A stretch of DNA of 64,000 bases from an uncultured bacterium (GTDB lineage Bacteria; Omnitrophota; Omnitrophia; Omnitrophales; Aquincolibacteriaceae): positions 116,010 to 180,009 of the forward strand of contig CAYZYT010000003.1 in assembly GCA_964482725.1 (NCBI GenBank). The letters are read 5' to 3'. Of this stretch, positions 1 through 8,914 are shown piece by piece. Both the position numbers and the translations under genes were made by a program. The notes beneath the pieces were generated by a model. That model ran no database searches, was not told where the DNA came from, and was given only the letters and a program-made list of their open reading frames with translations. The first letter of the stretch is position 1. Every line of letters begins with the position of its first letter.

Positions 1-243
1 GTTTTTGCGATTCTGGGGCTTCGGGCTCTTTATTTTGTGATCGCGGAGCTGATGCGGCTCTTCCACCATCTGCACTACGGGCTTTCTCTTATCCTGGTGC
101 TGATCGGGGTCAAGATGCTGATAGCCTCCTTCATCCACATTCCCACGGCGATCGCGCTCGGAGCGATCTTACTGATCTTGGCGGCTTCCGTCGTTGCGTC
201 CATTATTTGGCCCCAAAAAGCGGGGGAGTGTGGTCACGGTTGA
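1..243 (+). CDS. TerC-family integral membrane protein, C-terminal fragment (5' end outside window)
   Basis: Frame-1 ORF runs from the window edge. The translation is hydrophobic (...VFAILGLRALYFVIAELMRLFHHLHYGLSLILVLIGVKMLIASF...), resembling the TerC C-terminus. It is followed by an intrinsic terminator. Confidence 0.45.
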   Translation, partial: VFAILGLRALYFVIAELMRLFHHLHYGLSLILVLIGVKMLIASFIHIPTAIALGAILLILAASVVASIIWPQKAGECGHG

Positions 244-274
244 GTTCCTGCCTTTTCTGAGAGACGCTTAGATC

Positions 275-318
275 TAAAAAAAAGCGCCTCGCCGAATTAA
301 CGGCGAGGCGCTTTTTTT
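275..318. terminator. Bidirectional rho-independent terminator between convergent TerC and H+-PPase genes
   Basis: A-run, then GC-rich inverted repeat gcgcctcgccg/cggcgaggcgc with a 6-nt loop, then T-run. It lies between two convergent stops (243 and 382). Confidence 0.65.
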
Positions 319-381
319 GTGTCCAAAATAATCGAAACAGGGACGGTTCTCTTTTGGAGAACCGTCCCCGGAAGACAAGCC

Positions 382-2850
382 TCAGGCTTTAGCTTTTTTC
401 GGGATGCCCAGCACCGGGATCCGCATTTTGTAGAAGGACCTCCAGACGAAGAACAGGCCTGTAATGAAAAAGACCGTTCCGCTGATGCGCGTCGTGGCCG
501 GATTCATCTTGATCGCGATCTCGACGGCAAGCATGCCGAAGAGGGTCGAGAACTTGATGATCGGATTGAGCGATACCGAAGTGGTGTCCTTGAAAGGATC
601 GCCCACCGTGTCGCCGATGACCGTGGCGGCATGAAGTGCTGTGCCCTTTTCTCCCAGATCGACCTCCACAACCTTTTTCGCGTTATCCCACGAGCCACCC
701 GCGTTCGCCATGAACATCGCCTGGAAAAGCCCGAAGGTGGCGATGGCGATCAAGTAAGCGATAAAGAAATAGGGGTCGAACATCGCAAAGGCGAGCGTGA
801 GCATGAGCAGCCCCACGAAAATATTCCACATGCCTTTTTGAGCGTACTCGGTGCAGATCTTCACGACCTGAATGGAATCCGCGCGATCGGCCTCTTTTTT
901 ATCGAGGTTCAAATTCTTCTTGATGTACTCCACTGCGGAGTAGGCCCCGGTGGCCACGGCTTGAATGGAAGCGCCGCAGAACCAGAAGATCACCGCACCG
1001 CCGCAGAGGATCCCCAAAAGGATCGGCGCGGCCGTGAGGGACAGTTTTGCGTTGAGCAGGGTCTCGCCGATGTTCTCGGGAACGAATCCGCCCAGCGCGG
1101 CGGCAACGGCGCCCTCATGGAGATGCTGCTGGAGGAGCAGGATGATCGAGAAGATCATCGTCGTCGCTCCGGCGACGGCCGTTCCGATCAGCACCGGTTT
1201 TGCGGTCGCTTTAAAGGTGTTGCCCGCCGAGTCGTTGGCTTCGAGATAATGTTTGCCGAGCTTAAAATCAGGCTTGAATCCGAAATCCTTCTCGATCTCT
1301 TTCTCGATCCCGGGGATCGACTCCGTCTGGGCGAGTTCGAAGATCGACTGGGCGTTATCCGTCACCGGACCGTAGGAGTCCACGGCGATGTTCACCGGGC
1401 CCATGCAAAGGAACCCGTAAGCCACAAGACCGAACGCGAAAATGGAAGCGTGCGGCATGATATTCTGGAGCCCCGTTCCTGAGATCAAGTAGGCGCCGAA
1501 CATCAGGGCTGCGATGAGGATGCCTTTCCAAAAGGCTGAAAAGTAGCCAGCCACGAGTCCCGAGAGGATCGTGAGCGATGCGCCGCCTTCGCGCGAAGCG
1601 GTGACGATCTCCTGGACATGCTTGGAGTGGGAGGAGGTAAAAGCCTTAGTGAATTCCGGAATGAGGTAAGCTGCCAAAGTCCCGCACGTGATGATCGAGG
1701 CGAGTTTCCACCAAAGCGTCGGATCGGGAAGGTCCCCGACGAGCAGGTACGACATCCCGAACGAGGTGGAGATGCAGAGGGCTGAAGCGATCTGGATGAG
1801 GCGCGTGAGCGGCTCCTCGAAATTGAACTCTTTCAAGCCCTTATACTTGCGTTCGGAGATGGCTTGGTTGATGAAATAGGAAAGACCTGACATGAAGTCC
1901 ATCAAAAAGCGCATGGCGAAGATCCAGACAATGAGCTTTGCCTGAAGCGAGGGATCTTTGACCGCCAGGGTGATGAACATGATAAGCGCGACGCCGGTCA
2001 CGCCGTAGGTCTCGAAACCGTCGGCGGTAGGTCCCACCGAGTCGCCGGCATTGTCCCCGGTGCAGTCGGCGATGACGCCGGGATTGCGTGGGTCGTCCTC
2101 TTTAACGTTAAAAACAATCTTCATGAGGTCGGAGCCGATATCAGCGATCTTGGTGAAGATGCCGCCCGCGATACGCAGCGCGCTTGCCGCAAGCGATTCT
2201 CCGATGGCGAACCCCAAAAAGCAATACCCGACGATGTTGCGCGGCACGAAGAGCAGGATGATCACCATCATCACCAGTTCGATCGAAATCAGGAAAAGGC
2301 CGACCGACATCCCGGAGCGCATGGGAATATTGACCACATCCCAGGGTTTTCCGCGCAGGGAAGCGAACGCGGTTCTTGAATTGGCATAGGTGTTAACGCG
2401 GATCCCGTAATACGCCACCAGGGAAGATCCCGCCATGCCCACGATCGAGAAAAAGAGGACGAGTCCCAAGGTTCCGAGAGGCTCGTGCTTGAGTCCCAGG
2501 AAGTAATAACTCATCGCGCAGGCAATGATCGCGAACAGGATCGTAAGGAACTTGACCTGCTGCTTGAGGTAGGTCTTGCAGGTTTGGAAGATCGTTTCGG
2601 AGACGTCCAGCATCGACTTGTGGGCGGGAAGAGCCTTCACATTCAAAAACTGGTAAAGGGATAGCCCGACCGTCCCCAGGATCACCATCGCTCCGTAGAG
2701 GAGGATCTGGAAGCCCGAAAGGCCGCCGAACATCGCGAAGTGCCCTTCGTGAAGGTCCGGGATCTTCAGGTCCGCTTCGCTGGCCCATGCGGCGCCATGC
2801 CACAGGAAAAGCATTCCTAGAAAAGAGAGTCGGGTAAAAAGTTTTTTCAT
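382..2850 (-). CDS. hppA: Membrane-bound proton/sodium-translocating pyrophosphatase (V-type H+-PPase)
   Basis: 822-aa polytopic protein carrying the PPase signature motifs GDNAGD...GDTVGDPFKDT; GGGAGA RBS 5 nt upstream of the ATG on the minus strand. Confidence 0.9.
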   Translation of the reverse strand: MKKLFTRLSFLGMLFLWHGAAWASEADLKIPDLHEGHFAMFGGLSGFQILLYGAMVILGTVGLSLYQFLNVKALPAHKSMLDVSETIFQTCKTYLKQQVKFLTILFAIIACAMSYYFLGLKHEPLGTLGLVLFFSIVGMAGSSLVAYYGIRVNTYANSRTAFASLRGKPWDVVNIPMRSGMSVGLFLISIELVMMVIILLFVPRNIVGYCFLGFAIGESLAASALRIAGGIFTKIADIGSDLMKIVFNVKEDDPRNPGVIADCTGDNAGDSVGPTADGFETYGVTGVALIMFITLAVKDPSLQAKLIVWIFAMRFLMDFMSGLSYFINQAISERKYKGLKEFNFEEPLTRLIQIASALCISTSFGMSYLLVGDLPDPTLWWKLASIITCGTLAAYLIPEFTKAFTSSHSKHVQEIVTASREGGASLTILSGLVAGYFSAFWKGILIAALMFGAYLISGTGLQNIMPHASIFAFGLVAYGFLCMGPVNIAVDSYGPVTDNAQSIFELAQTESIPGIEKEIEKDFGFKPDFKLGKHYLEANDSAGNTFKATAKPVLIGTAVAGATTMIFSIILLLQQHLHEGAVAAALGGFVPENIGETLLNAKLSLTAAPILLGILCGGAVIFWFCGASIQAVATGAYSAVEYIKKNLNLDKKEADRADSIQVVKICTEYAQKGMWNIFVGLLMLTLAFAMFDPYFFIAYLIAIATFGLFQAMFMANAGGSWDNAKKVVEVDLGEKGTALHAATVIGDTVGDPFKDTTSVSLNPIIKFSTLFGMLAVEIAIKMNPATTRISGTVFFITGLFFVWRSFYKMRIPVLGIPKKAKA

Positions 2851-3074
2851 GATGTCTCCCGTTGAATTAGTAACTCAAGTCTTGCAGCTTTTCGATGGAA
2901 TGACCAGGAAATGCAGAGCCCAAGCTAATAATTTTTTTTGATTGTTGAAGTTGAATAAGGGTCTTGAGGGACCAATATGCCGAATGGGCTTGTATGATAG
3001 CGAAATGGCGTAAAAATACCACTCAAATCTTCGACTTCACGGAGTCGCCTTCATAGGAAGTCGACGCACATCTA

Positions 3075-4841
3075 TTGATTGTCCGTCCCTTTCTGCTATA
3101 TTACCCTGCTTATATGGCACTTATGATCAAACGGGTCGAAAGACCTCGCGAACTTAAATGGTATCACGCCGGCGCCATGCTCTATGGCGACTGGGGCACT
3201 TCGAAGGCCTATGTCCTCGGGATCGCTTTTGCTCTCGCCGGCCACGCCTCGTGGTTCTTCCTCGGGCTCATGTCCCTGCTCATGATCCTGATCGGGGTCT
3301 GTTATATGATCGTCTGCCGCATCTATCCTGACGGCGGCGGCGTTTACTCCTCAGTCAAACACCGTTCCCAGACGTTGGCCGTGATCGGCGCTTTCCTTTT
3401 GATCGCGGATTATGTTGTCACGGTTTCTTTAAGCGTCCTGGATGCTTTCCATTATTTCAATGTCCCGAATCCTGAACTCTGGGCGGTCGGGGCGATCCTT
3501 ACCATCGGAACTTTGAGCTGGGTCGGGCCTGCGAAAGGCGGTACGGTTGCCACCGTGATCGCTGTTTTTGCATCCCTCACGGCGTTGGTCCTTTTTGCTT
3601 TTACCGTGCCGGGTCTTTCGCATGTTCAGCTTACGATGCCGGTGGGCGGGTTCATGAAGAATTGGCCGGTCTTTGTCGGGATCGTGCTCGCGCTTTCAGG
3701 CGTGGAGGCTATTGCAAATCTGACCGGCGTGATGGTGGAGCCTGTCAAAAAAACTTCCCGCCGTGCTATTCTTCCGGTGATGATCGAAGTGGCGATTCTA
3801 ACCTTCCTGTTGGGGGTTGCGATGAACGCCATCCCGGGCCTGAAAGGGCACACGGAAGATATGCTCCGTGCGCTCGGCGATCATTACATCGGCCCCTGGT
3901 ACGGGACCGTGATCTCCATCGTCTTCGGGTGTTTGCTCCTGTCTGCAGGTAATACAGCGATCATGGGGCTTGTGAGTATTCAGTTTGCCTTGGCCAAAGA
4001 TCGCGAATTGCCGCCTGTTTTTGCAAAACTCAACCGCTTCGGGATGCCTTGGCTCGCGCTGATCATTGCGACGCTGGTGCCGATCATTGTGATCCTTGTC
4101 GAGAAGGACATCGTCCACCTGGCGGCCCTTTACGCGATTGGTGTCGTCGGGGCGATCGCGCTCAACCTTGCGACGAGTGCCACGAATTTTTCGATCCGGC
4201 TGAAGCTTTGGGAGCGTGTCCTTTTGGGTGCCGGTGCGATCATCACGCTTTTTATCGAAGTGACGATCGCGATCCAGAAACAGAACGCGCTTTTCTTCGT
4301 CCTGACCATCCTGGGCGTAGGCCTCGCGCTCCGTTATGCGGCGAAGATGATCGTGCCGGCGCCGATGCCGGAATTGGCTTCCAATGTCAATTTGCTCACT
4401 GTAGCCGAGGCCAAAGAACTTACCTCGCTTTACAAAAGTTCGGCGCTTGTGGCTCTGAAGTCATACAATCCAGTGCTGCTTGAAGAGGCCGCCCTTCATG
4501 TGAAGGCGATGGGTGAGAATTCGGTTTATTTGAGCTATGTGGAAGAGACGCCCCCGTCGCCTGAATTGCCTACCGAAATGGAACCGTCGCGGGAATCGGT
4601 GATGGTCCTGGCGCAGGCTCAGGAAGATATGGAAAAGCGTGGCATCACGGCGGTCCCGATCTGGATGGTGGGGGACAATCCCGGCCGGTTGATCGCACGC
4701 GCGGCCCAAGAACTGGATGTCCGGGCCGTGGCGATCGGCGCCACGAAGCGCAGCGCCCTCATCAGCCTTCTTCGCGGCGACGTGCTGCGGACGCTGGCCC
4801 ATAACCTTCGCAAAGATTGCCATTTATTGATTGTCGGTTAG
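3075..4841 (+). CDS. APC-family amino-acid/polyamine permease fused to a C-terminal universal stress protein (UspA) domain
   Basis: About 12 TM helices typical of APC transporters, plus a C-terminal ~140-aa Usp-like alpha/beta domain (..VPIWMVGDNPGRLIARAAQELDVRAVAIGATKRS..). Start is uncertain (3075 or the downstream ATG near 3117). Confidence 0.7.
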   Translation: MIVRPFLLYYPAYMALMIKRVERPRELKWYHAGAMLYGDWGTSKAYVLGIAFALAGHASWFFLGLMSLLMILIGVCYMIVCRIYPDGGGVYSSVKHRSQTLAVIGAFLLIADYVVTVSLSVLDAFHYFNVPNPELWAVGAILTIGTLSWVGPAKGGTVATVIAVFASLTALVLFAFTVPGLSHVQLTMPVGGFMKNWPVFVGIVLALSGVEAIANLTGVMVEPVKKTSRRAILPVMIEVAILTFLLGVAMNAIPGLKGHTEDMLRALGDHYIGPWYGTVISIVFGCLLLSAGNTAIMGLVSIQFALAKDRELPPVFAKLNRFGMPWLALIIATLVPIIVILVEKDIVHLAALYAIGVVGAIALNLATSATNFSIRLKLWERVLLGAGAIITLFIEVTIAIQKQNALFFVLTILGVGLALRYAAKMIVPAPMPELASNVNLLTVAEAKELTSLYKSSALVALKSYNPVLLEEAALHVKAMGENSVYLSYVEETPPSPELPTEMEPSRESVMVLAQAQEDMEKRGITAVPIWMVGDNPGRLIARAAQELDVRAVAIGATKRSALISLLRGDVLRTLAHNLRKDCHLLIVG

Positions 4842-4953
4842 CGCCTTTTGGGAGTATTCTAAACGCCGTTGCTGGGTTACGGCGACGATGCCCGTTTCGT
4901 TTTTGGATTACGGTTACGTTCCCGTGGCCGTCACCATTTCATTCGTCGAGGAA

Positions 4954-5277
4954 ATGCCCGTGAAAAAATATTTGATTGCTGCGCTCATATTTTCCCTCCT
5001 GATTCTTGGGGCGAGGGCGTCATTTGCGGAATGGTTCGATGGAGAAGTCCAGAAGATCGATGCCAAGGCCAAGACGATCACCATCAGTGAGATCGATCCG
5101 ATCACGGATACCGAAGAAAAAAAAGAAATCCTGACCGATCAAACCACCGTCTTTTTGGGCGTCACTTCTCTCCAGGATATCCGCGGGAACGATAATGTCA
5201 CGATTGAGGCCCAATACGATGAGCCGGCCGACGTCTGGAAAGCCCTTTCCGTTGAGGTCGCCGAGGCCGGCGCGTGA
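4954..5277 (+). CDS. Small secreted/periplasmic hypothetical protein with signal peptide
   Basis: ATG at 4954 preceded by a GAGGAA RBS; N-terminal signal peptide MPVKKYLIAALIFSLLILGARASFA; acidic mature part. The annotated longer ORF start (4831) lacks an RBS. Confidence 0.55.
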   Translation: MPVKKYLIAALIFSLLILGARASFAEWFDGEVQKIDAKAKTITISEIDPITDTEEKKEILTDQTTVFLGVTSLQDIRGNDNVTIEAQYDEPADVWKALSVEVAEAGA

Positions 5278-6254
5278 AACCTCGGGGAATCCACCGCACT
5301 TCGGGTTCCCGATCGCGGTGTTCAAAGGGATCTCTGGCTAAGCGGCGCTCATATGTTTTCGGGATCCTAACCACCCCTGCTAAAGATATCTTCCATTCGA
5401 ATTACCACCTCGGACTTCTTGCCGGGATTCTTCCGAAGATCAAGGCCGCGAAAAGCTGTTTGAAGATTGTCATGATGCCCTCCCAAACTTATAAGAGTCT
5501 CGATCAGATTCTTACTGAGCATGGACTAGACGGACTTTTGATCCTGACCTGGCGATGGATCCATCCTGAGATCGCGCGGTTGATCGAAACTTCCCGCCAC
5601 GATCGAGTGCTTGTGATTAATGACCCGGTCCCTGGGTTTCGAGTGAATAATCTTTACACCGATACCGATGCGGGCATGGCTCAGGCGGTGACGCATCTCG
5701 TCAAAAAGGGTTATCGGAAGATCGGCATGCTGCACGGGCCGTGGGAAGTGTCCTTTCAAATAAAAGGGACAGGTCTGAAAAAGCGCAGCAGACCTCTCCC
5801 TGACAAGAAGATCAAAGTGCCGTTCATTGATACCCAGCTCAAAGTGCGAGGGCTTCTCCGGGCGCTGAAGGCCAAGCGTGTCCCTTGTGATCCAACGTGG
5901 CTCCGGTCGGGAGCCGCCAACAGCGAGGCTGAGGGCTATTGCGTGATGACAGACTGGCTGCGTGAAAAAGATCTTCCCGAAGCGATCGTCTGCGGGAATG
6001 ACGACCTTGCCTTCGGGGCGATCAAGGCTTTGAAAGAAGCCGGCAGAAGTATTCCCCGGGATATGGCGGTGATCGGGTTCGATGACAATGAACGCGCAAA
6101 AAGTTTTTCGCCGCCGCTCTCGACCGTTCGCCAGCCGCTCGGGAAAATGGGGAAGGACGCCGTGGATATCCTGATCCGGCAGATCGAACGTCCTGCTTCC
6201 CAGCCTGTTTCCAGACGGTATCTCCCTAAACTCGTCGTTCGGAAGACCACCTAA
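5274..6254 (+). CDS. LacI-family periplasmic-binding-fold (sugar-binding core) protein apparently lacking the N-terminal HTH
   Basis: PBP type-1 core motifs of LacI/GalR regulators (..GILTTPAKDIFHS.., ..CGNDDLAFGAIKALKEAGRSIPRDMAVIGFDD..). No helix-turn-helix is visible in the ~25 residues before the core. True start uncertain. Confidence 0.5.
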   Translation: MKPRGIHRTSGSRSRCSKGSLAKRRSYVFGILTTPAKDIFHSNYHLGLLAGILPKIKAAKSCLKIVMMPSQTYKSLDQILTEHGLDGLLILTWRWIHPEIARLIETSRHDRVLVINDPVPGFRVNNLYTDTDAGMAQAVTHLVKKGYRKIGMLHGPWEVSFQIKGTGLKKRSRPLPDKKIKVPFIDTQLKVRGLLRALKAKRVPCDPTWLRSGAANSEAEGYCVMTDWLREKDLPEAIVCGNDDLAFGAIKALKEAGRSIPRDMAVIGFDDNERAKSFSPPLSTVRQPLGKMGKDAVDILIRQIERPASQPVSRRYLPKLVVRKTT

Positions 6255-6450
6255 AAGCAGGGTGTTGGATGGCGGAGGGTGGATGGCGCAAAAAGATGGG
6301 ATGGCGGGTATCGGGTGACGAAAAACAAAAGGTTTGACGCCATCCGCCCTCCTCCATCCGTTATCCTAAAATGTTTGTTCCCGCATCAATAATAGTCTGC
6401 GTATTGCCGTAACTATACCTAGGGTCTAAATAATTTTCAGAGGGGGAAGT

Positions 6451-7239
6451 ATGCTTACCACGGCCATTGCCATCGTGATCGGGTTCGGGTATTTTTTCTA
6501 TCCGTTCAAACTTGCCTGGGTCAGATTATTGCTCAAGTATATCGCCGGGCTTTTCTGCTTCTGGGCGGCATTTTTTTTCGCCGGTCCTTCGGTTGAGGCT
6601 CAGTTCGTGTCTCTTGCCGGGATCGTGATCCTTGGCATTGCTGCCGGGCTCATTTGTACGGATATGGTGGTCTCGGTCGTTCTGTGGCTTGTCGAACTGC
6701 TCGGGAATATCTTCCATAAGACGCCCCAGCTCCCGCAGTATCTGCTCGAGATCTGGTCAGCCATGGAGCGGATGGCCTCTCGTAAAGTGGGGGCTCTCAT
6801 CATCCTTCAACGCAAACAGCCGCTGCGTCCCTTGATGAAAGGCGGAATGCCGTTTGACGCGGAGATCAAGTCCGAGATCCTTGTCCCTCTCTTTTTGACC
6901 TCCTCTCCCGTGCATGACGGCGCACTTGTGGTGAATAAGGGCCGAGTGCAAACGGTGAAAGGGATTCTCCCGCTCGCGTCACTTTCCGATCTTTCTCCGA
7001 GTTTTGGGACACGGCATCGGGCAGCGATCGGGATCACGGAAAAGACGGACGCGGTCGCGCTCGTGGTCTCCGAAGAACGCGGCCAGATCAGCGTGGCTTA
7101 TCGCGGTTGTCTGGTTCATATTGCCGACCGTTCCGAATTTCTTAAGACCCTGCAGTGGGTGCTTAAGGGCAAGAATATCCTTCGCCTCAAGAACGCGAGC
7201 TTCATTGTTACCACCAAAGTGCTGGACGATCTGACATAA
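6451..7239 (+). CDS. cdaA: Diadenylate cyclase (c-di-AMP synthase, CdaA/DacA-like) with N-terminal TM segments
   Basis: DAC-domain hallmarks DGA...GTRHRAA and VVSEERGQIS; AGGGGGAAG RBS upstream of ATG 6451. Confidence 0.85.
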   Translation: MLTTAIAIVIGFGYFFYPFKLAWVRLLLKYIAGLFCFWAAFFFAGPSVEAQFVSLAGIVILGIAAGLICTDMVVSVVLWLVELLGNIFHKTPQLPQYLLEIWSAMERMASRKVGALIILQRKQPLRPLMKGGMPFDAEIKSEILVPLFLTSSPVHDGALVVNKGRVQTVKGILPLASLSDLSPSFGTRHRAAIGITEKTDAVALVVSEERGQISVAYRGCLVHIADRSEFLKTLQWVLKGKNILRLKNASFIVTTKVLDDLT

Positions 7240-7264
7240 GGTGACTGCCACCATTTTTATTAGA

Positions 7265-7301
7265 GCACACTAAGGTAGGTCACGTTTAAACGTGACCTAC
7301 C
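7265..7301. repeat. Intergenic 37-nt element with a 28-bp perfect palindrome (ggtaggtcacgtttaaacgtgacctacc), copy 1
   Basis: Exact 37-nt identity with 31293..31329. Palindrome checked base by base. Sits 46 nt upstream of the glpK ATG. Confidence 0.8.
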
Positions 7302-7346
7302 CCAGGAATAGAAAAAAGGTGCCAGACCCCAAGGCTAAGGAACCCT

Positions 7347-8825
7347 ATGAAAAAATATATCTTGGCGATCGATCAAGGGACGACGGGTTCCCGGGCCATT
7401 CTTTTTGATGTGGCGGGAAAGACTGTCGCAAGTGCCTACCGCGAGTTCAAACAATATTTCCCTAAGCCCGGCTGGGTGGAACACGACGCCCAAGAGATCT
7501 GGCGCTCCTGCGAGACTGTGATTCGGGAGACCGTTCGTAAAAGCAAAATTGCTCCCAAAGAGATTCTTGCCATCGGCATTACGAACCAGCGCGAGACCAC
7601 TGTCCTGTGGGATCGCGAGACTTCGAGGCCTGTCCATCACGCCATCGTTTGGCAATGCCGCCGCACCTCAGACCTCTGCCGTGCTCACAAAAAACACGAG
7701 TCCGTGATCCATAAGAAAACCGGTCTTGTCCTTGATCCGTATTTCTCCGGCACCAAGATCGAGTGGCTGCTTGGCCATGTTCCGGGTCTTCGGAAAAGGG
7801 CTGTGGAGGGGAAGATTGCGTTCGGGACGATCGACAGTTGGTTGATCTGGAAACTTACAGGGGGTCGATCGCATGTAACGGATCTGACGAATGCGTCACG
7901 AACCATGCTTCTTAACATTAAAACAAAAAAGTGGGATTCCGAGCTTCTCAGGATCTTCGGTGTCTCTGCCAAGGTGTTGCCGAAGCTTCAGCCCTCCGGA
8001 TCGATCTTTGGGACGACTCAAAATGTTGCCGGACTTCCGGCCGGTATTCCGATCGCGGGCGTGATGGGGGATCAGCAGGCCGCGCTTTATGGCCAGGGCT
8101 GCTACGAAACCGGTACGAGCAAGAATACCTACGGCACAGGTTGCTTCATTATGATGAATACCGGCAAGAAATTTGTCACTTCAAAGGCGGGACTTCTTAC
8201 GACGCTTGCTTGCGACTTCAAAGGCCGGCCGGTTTACGCGCTCGAGGGGTCCGTTTTTATCGGCGGGGCCGTGGTCCAATGGCTTCGGGACGGTCTCAAG
8301 GTCATTAAGAGTTCTGTGGCGACTGAAAAAGCGGTCCGGAAGTTGAAGGACAACGGCGGCGTCTATGTGGTGCCGGCATTTGTTGGGTTGGGCGCGCCTT
8401 ACTGGAAAAGTGATGCGCGCGGCCTCATTACCGGGATCACGCGCGGGACTACGATGCCTCATATCATCCGGGCATGCCTTGAAGCGATCGCCTATCAGAG
8501 CCGCGATGTTTTTGATATTATGCAAAAGGCGTTCGGGGGTCGGATCCATGAACTGAAAGTCGATGGCGGCGCCTGCAAGAACGATCTTCTCATGCAATTC
8601 CAGGCGGATATTCTGAACGCGAGGATCCTCCGGCCCAAAGTGATCGAACTCACGGCCCGCGGTGTGGCGCATCTGGCGGGGGTGACGATGGGGCTCTGGA
8701 AAAAGAGCCACGACCTCAAGAAGCAACACCAGGTCGATCATATTTTTTCTCCGGCTATGAAGCCGGGGAAGCGAGCGAAGCTTTATCAGGGATGGCAGAA
8801 GGCCGTGGAACGAGCGATGCTCTAA
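7347..8825 (+). CDS. glpK: Glycerol kinase
   Basis: MKKYILAIDQGTTGSRAILFD... FGGY-family sugar-kinase motifs along the full length; 492 aa. Confidence 0.95.
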   Translation: MKKYILAIDQGTTGSRAILFDVAGKTVASAYREFKQYFPKPGWVEHDAQEIWRSCETVIRETVRKSKIAPKEILAIGITNQRETTVLWDRETSRPVHHAIVWQCRRTSDLCRAHKKHESVIHKKTGLVLDPYFSGTKIEWLLGHVPGLRKRAVEGKIAFGTIDSWLIWKLTGGRSHVTDLTNASRTMLLNIKTKKWDSELLRIFGVSAKVLPKLQPSGSIFGTTQNVAGLPAGIPIAGVMGDQQAALYGQGCYETGTSKNTYGTGCFIMMNTGKKFVTSKAGLLTTLACDFKGRPVYALEGSVFIGGAVVQWLRDGLKVIKSSVATEKAVRKLKDNGGVYVVPAFVGLGAPYWKSDARGLITGITRGTTMPHIIRACLEAIAYQSRDVFDIMQKAFGGRIHELKVDGGACKNDLLMQFQADILNARILRPKVIELTARGVAHLAGVTMGLWKKSHDLKKQHQVDHIFSPAMKPGKRAKLYQGWQKAVERAML

Positions 8826-8914
8826 AAATTGGGTGACGGATGGCGGAGGGCGTAAAACCAAAAACTCCATCCACCATCCTCCATCCGATGCGCACTTATA
8901 GAGGCTAAATAATT

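Noticed and set aside
319-1482. 387-aa plus-strand ORF overlapping hppA
   Set aside because: Lies entirely antisense to a highly conserved, motif-rich H+-PPase gene. It has an R/G/D-rich low-complexity translation typical of GC-rich shadow frames, and no RBS.
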